This document shows, piece after piece, positions 58,601 through 64,000 of a stretch of 64,000 nt of DNA (within the stretch, counting starts at the first letter, position 1; each line of letters opens with the position of its first letter). Location of the stretch: contig CAXHJY010001198.1 in NCBI GenBank assembly GCA_964016885.1, forward strand, positions 2,025 to 66,024, read 5' to 3'. A model generated the notes under the pieces. That model was not told the origin of the DNA and did not search any database. It saw only the letters and a list, made by a program, of their open reading frames with translations. The position numbers were made by a program, and so were the translations under genes. This DNA is from Eledone cirrhosa (taxonomy: Eukaryota).

Positions 58601-60029
58601 CCTAGACATGTGTGACACTCTACCAATTACTGTCAATCCACCGCCCTAGACATGTGTGACACTCTACCAATTACTGTCAATCCACTGCCCTAGACATGTG
58701 TGACACTCTACCAATTACTGTCAGTCCACTGCCCTAGACATGTGTGACACTCTACCAATTACTGTCAATCCACTGCCCTAGACATGTGTGACACTCTACC
58801 AATTACTGTCAATCCACCGCCCTAGACATGTGTGACACTCTACCAATTACTGTCAATCCACTGCCCTAGACATGTGTGACACTCTACCAATTACTGTCAG
58901 TCCACTGCCCTAGACATGTGTGACACTCTACCAATTACTGTCAATCCACTGCCCTAGACATGTGTGACACTCTACCAATTACTGTCAATCCACCGCCCTA
59001 GACATGTGTGACACTCTACCAATTACTGTCAATCCACTGCCCTAGACATGTGTGACACTCTACCAATTACTGTCAGTCCACTGCCCTAGACATGTGTGAC
59101 ACTCTACCAATTACTGTCAATCCACCGCCCTAGATATGTGTGACATTCTACCAATTACTGTCAATCCACTGCCTCAGACATTTGTGACACTCTACCAATT
59201 ACTGTCAATCCACCGCCCTAGACATGTGTGACACTCTACCAATTACTGTCAATCCACTGCCCTAGACATGTGTGACACTCTACCAATTACTGTCAATCCA
59301 CTGCCCTAGACATGTGTGACACTCTACCAATTTCTGTCAGTCCACTGCCCTAGACATGTGTGACACTCTACCAATTACTGTCAATCCACTGCCCTAGACA
59401 TGTGTGACACTCTACCAATTACTGTCAGTCCACTGCCCTAGACATGTGTGACACTCTACCAATTACTGTCAATCCACCACCCTAGACATGTGTGACACTC
59501 TACCAATTACTGTCAATCCACTGCCCTAGACATGTGTGACACTCTACCAATTACTGTCAGTCCACTGCCCTAGACATGTGTGACACTCTACCAATTACTG
59601 TCAATCCACCGCCCTAGACATGTGTGACACTCTACCAATTACTGTCAATCCACCACCCTAGACATGTGTGACACTCTACCAATTACTGTCAATCCACTGC
59701 CCTAGACATGTGTGACACTCTACCAATTACTGTCAGTCCACTGCCCTAGACATGTGTGACACTCTACCAATTACTGTCAATCCACCGCCCTAGACATGTG
59801 TGACACTCTACCAATTACTGTCAATCCACTGCCCTAGACATGTGTGACACTCTACCAATTACTGTCAATCCACTGCCCTAGACATGTGTGACACTCTACC
59901 AATTACTGTCAATCCACTGCCCTAGACATGTGTGACACTCTACCAATTACTGTCAATCCACTGCCCTAGACATGTGTGACACTCTACCAATTACTGTCAA
60001 TCCACTGCCCTAGACATGTGTGACGCTCT

Positions 60030-60620
60030 ACCAATTACTGTCAGTCCACTGCCCTAGACATGTGTGACGCTCTACCAATTACTGTCAGTCCACTGCCCTA
60101 GATATGTGTGACACTCTACCAATTACTGTCAATCCACTGCCCTAGACATGTGTGACACTCTACCAATTACTGTCAATCCACTGCCCTAGACATGTGTGAC
60201 ACTCTACCAATTACTGTCAATCCACTGCCCTAGACATGTGTGACACTCTACCAATTACTGTCAATCCACTGCCCTAGACATGTGTGACGCTCTACCAATT
60301 ACTGTCAGTCCACTGCCCTAGATATGTGTGACACTCTACCAATTACTGTCAATCCACTGCCCTAGACATGTGTGACACTCTACCAATTACTGTCAATCCA
60401 CTGCCCTAGACATGTGTGACACTCTACCAATTACTGTCAATCCACTGCCCTAGACATGTGTGACACTCTACCAATTACTGTCAATCCACTGCCCTAGACA
60501 TGTGTGACGCTCTACCAATTACTGTCAGTCCACTGCCCTAGATATGTGTGACACTCTACCAATTACTGTCAATCCACTGCCCTAGACATGTGTGACACTC
60601 TACCAATTACTGTCAATCCA
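60030..60620. repeat. 220-bp pentamer repeated about three times
   Basis: GACGCTC at 60069, 60289 and 60509, each followed by a GATATG monomer. Confidence 0.88.
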
Positions 60621-63399
60621 CCGCCCTAGACATGTGTGACACTCTACCAATTACTGTCAACCCACCGCCCTAGACATGTGTGACACTCTACCAATTACTG
60701 TCAACCCACTGCCCTAGACATGTGTGACACTCTACCAATTACTGTCAATCCACCGCCCTAGACATGTGACACTCTACCAATTACTGTCAATCCACTGCCC
60801 TAGACATGTGTGACACTCTACCAATTACTGTCAACCCACTGCCCTAGACACGTGTGACACTCTACCAATTACTGTCAGTCCACTGCCCTAGACATGTGTG
60901 ACACTCTACCAATTACTGTCAGTCCACCGCCCTAGACATGTGTGACACTCTACCAATTACTGTCAGTCCACTGCCCTAGACATGTGTGACACTCTACCAA
61001 TTACTGTCAGTCCACTGCCCTAGACATGTGTGACACTCTACCAATTACTGTCAATCCACTGCCCTAGACATGTGTGACACTCTACCAATTACTGTCAATC
61101 CACTGCCCTAGACATGTGTGACACTCTACCAATTACTGTCAGTCCACTGCCCTAGACATGTGTGACACTCTACCAATTACTGTCAGTCCACTGCCCTAGA
61201 CATGTGTGACACTCTACCAATTACTGTCAATCCACCGCCCTAGACATGTGACACTCTACCAATTACTGTCAATCCACTGCCCTAGACATGTGTGACACTC
61301 TACCAATTACTGTCAATCCACTGCCCTAGACATGTGTGACACTCTACCAATTACTGTCAGTCCACTGCCCTAGACATGTGTGACACTCTACCAATTACTG
61401 TCAGTCCACTGCCCTAGACATGTGTGACACTCTACCAATTACTGTCAATCCACTGCCCTAGACATGTGTGACACTCTACCAATTACTGTCAGTCCACTGC
61501 CCTAGACATGTGTGACACTCTACCAATTACTGTCAGTCCACTGCCCTAGACATGTGTGACACTCTACCAATTACTGTCAATCCACCGCCCTAGACATGTG
61601 ACACTCTACCAATTACTGTCAATCCACTGCCCTAGACATGTGTGACACTCTACCAATTACTGTCAATCCACTGCCCTAGACATGTGTGACACTCTACCAA
61701 TTACTGTCAGTCCACTGCCCTAGACATGTGTGACACTCTACCAATTACTGTCAGTCCACTGCCCTAGACATGTGTGACACTCTACCAATTACTGTCAGTC
61801 CACTGCCCTAGACATGTGACACTCTACCAATTACTGTCAGTCCACTGCCCTAGACATGTGTGACACTCTACCAATTACTGTCAATCCACCGCCCTAGACA
61901 TGTGACACTCTACCAATTACTGTCAATCCACTGCCCTAGACATGTGTGACACTCTATCAATTACTGTCAATCCACTGCCCTAGACATGTGTGACACTCTA
62001 CCAATTACTGTCAGTCCACTGCCCTAGACATGTGTGACACTCTACCAATTACTGTCAGTCCACTGCCCTAGACATGTGTGACACTCTACCAATTACTGTC
62101 AATCCACTGCCCTAGACATGTGTGACACTCTACCAATTACTGTCAATCCACTGCCCTAGACATGTGTGACACTCTACCAATTACTGTCAGTCCACTGCCC
62201 TAGACATGTGTGACACTCTACCAATTACTGTCAGTCCACCGCCCTAGACATGTGTGACACTCTACCAATTACTGTCAATCCACCGCCCTAGACATGTGTG
62301 ACACTCTACCAATTACTGTCAATCCACTGCCCTAGACATGTGTGACACTCTACCAATTACTGTCAGTCCACTGCCCTAGCCATGTGTGACTACCAATTAC
62401 TGTCAATCCACCTCCCTAGACATGTGTGACACTCTACCAATTACTGTCAATCCACTGCCCTAGACATGTGTGACACTCTACCAATTACTGTCAATCCACC
62501 ACCCTAGACATGTGTGACACTCTACCAATTACTGTCAATCCACTGCCCTAGACATGTGACACTCTACCAATTACTGTCAATCCACTGCCCTAGACATGTG
62601 TGACACTCTACCAATTACTGTCAGTCTACTGCCCTAGACATGTGTGACACTCTACCAATTACTGTCACTCCACCGCCCTAGACATGTGTGACACTCTACC
62701 AATTACTGTCAATCCACTGCCGTAGACATGTGTGACACTCTACCAATTACTGTCAATCCACTGCCCTAGACATGTGTGACACTCTACCAATTACTGTCAA
62801 TCCACTGCCCTAGACATGTGTGACACTCTACCAATTACTGTCAATCCACTGCCCTAGACATGTGTGACACTCTACCAATTACTGTCAATCCACTGCCCTA
62901 GACATGTGTGACACTCTACCAATTACTGTCAATCCACTGCCCTAGACATGTGTGACACTCTACCAATTACTGTCAGTCCACTGCCCTAGACATGTGTGAC
63001 ACTCTACCAAGTACTGTCAATCCACTGCCCTAGACATGTGTGACACTCTACCAATTACTGTCAATCCACTGCCCTAGACATGTGTGACACTCTACCAATT
63101 ACTGTCAGTCTACTGCCCTAGACGTGTGTGACACTCTACCAATTACTGTCAATCCACCGCCCTAGACATGTGTGACACTCTACCAATTACTGTCAATCCA
63201 CTGCCCTAGACATGTGTGACACTCTACCAATTACTGTCAGTCTACTGCCCTAGACATGTGTGACACTCTACCAATTACTGTCAGTCCACTGCCCTAGACA
63301 TGTGTGACACTCTACCAATTACTGTCAGTCTACTGCCCTAGACATGTGTGACACTCTACCAATTACTGTCAATCCACTGCCCTAGACATGTGTGACACT

Positions 63400-63960
63400 C
63401 TACCAATTACTGTCAGTCCACTGCCCTAGATATGTGTGACATTCTACCAATTACTGTCAATCCACTGCCCTAGACATGTGTGACACTCTACCAATTACTG
63501 TCAGTCTACTGCCCTAGACGTGTGTGACACTCTACCAATTACTGTCAATCCACTGCCCTAGACATGTGTGACACTCTACCAATTACTGTCAGTCCACTGC
63601 CCTAGATATGTGTGACATTCTACCAATTACTGTCAATCCACTGCCCTAGACATGTGTGACACTACCAATTACTGTCAGTCTACTGCCCTAGACGTGTGTG
63701 ACACTCTACCAATTACTGTCAATCCACCGCCCTAGACATGTGTGACACTCTACCAATTACTGTCAGTCCACTGCCCTAGATATGTGTGACATTCTACCAA
63801 TTACTGTCAATGCACTGCCCTAGACATGTGTGACACTCTACCAATTACTGTCAGTCTACTGCCCTAGACGTGTGTGACACTCTACCAATTACTGTCAATC
63901 CACCGCCCTAGACATGTGTGACACTCTACCAATTACTGTCAGTCCACTGCCCTAGACGTG
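63400..63960. repeat. Tetramer repeat of about 176 bp, three copies
   Basis: TATGTGTGACATTC at 63431, 63607 and 63781 (176 and 174 bp, the latter with a 2-bp deletion near 63661), each followed by GTCTACT..GACGTG. Confidence 0.8.
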
Positions 63961-64000
63961 TGTGACACTCTACCAATTACTGTCAATCCACCGCCCTAGA

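Larger units (their letters stand above)
1..64000. repeat. Tandem satellite array, 44-bp monomer, single orientation, extends past both window edges
   Basis: The monomer ACTCTACCAATTACTGTCARTCCACYGCCCTAGACATGTGTGAC repeats head-to-tail throughout, most copies within 0-2 changes of consensus. Length variants: 40 bp (GAC|TACC, ACTC lost), 42 bp (CATGTGAC, TG lost; rarely GACACTACC), 38 bp (3939, 10441), 43 bp (24830, 26169). Consensus composition is A12 C14 G6 T12 with no CpG in the T allele. Confidence 0.99.
26500..64000. repeat. Right array domain with a distinct marker set
   Basis: Recurrent TAGCCATG, CACCTCC, TG-deleted 42-bp monomers, GTCTACT, GTCACTCC, GCCGTAG, CCAAGTAC, CACGTG, GATATG..GACATTC, GCCTCAGACATTT and GACGCTC, first appearing from about 26790. 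40-bp monomers are much rarer. Confidence 0.85.

Noticed and set aside
1-64000. CRISPR array
   Set aside because: Monomers abut directly with no unique spacers, leader or cas genes.
1-64000. Giant repeat-protein coding region
   Set aside because: 44 is not a multiple of 3, so stops (TAG and TGA on plus; TAG, TGA and TAA on minus) rotate through all frames. The ORF track confirms nothing long.
1-64000. Telomerase-type telomeric repeat
   Set aside because: There is C/G strand skew and a CCCTAG resembling CCCTAA, but the unit is 44 bp and evolves by block duplication. A subtelomeric location cannot be excluded.
1-64000. Tandem tRNA, 5S or structured ncRNA genes
   Set aside because: The unit is too short, has no recognisable A/B boxes, and offers only a 5-bp TGACA/TGTCA inverted pair and short palindromes (ACATGT, CTAG, AATT).
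1-64000. Variant string as an encoded message or recombination cassette library
   Set aside because: The variant order is explained by nested duplications, and there is no cargo sequence or recombinase gene.
1-64000. Inversion or transposon insertion within the array
   Set aside because: I saw no reverse-complement monomers or foreign sequence longer than about 12 bp when reading through the window.

Overview
The whole 64 kb window is one uninterrupted head-to-tail tandem array of a 44-bp monomer (consensus ACTCTACCAATTACTGTCA[A/G]TCCAC[T/C]GCCCTAGACATGTGTGAC, about 45% GC, roughly 1,450-1,470 copies estimated from length), all in one orientation and open at both ends. I see no genes, RNA genes, transposon insertions, inversions or CRISPR spacers, and the single ORF is a by-product of five 42-bp monomers in a row. 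This looks like eukaryotic satellite DNA, but I do not recognise the family or organism. The real information is in the variant pattern: two domains with different marker sets (boundary near 26.5 kb), nested higher-order duplications from 128 bp to 6.5 kb that I could confirm from constant offsets between rare variants, left-domain variants reappearing deep in the right domain, and an indel-rich first 3 kb that looks like consensus error. I found no evidence for a new protein-coding system. All offsets were read by eye and block boundaries are approximate.
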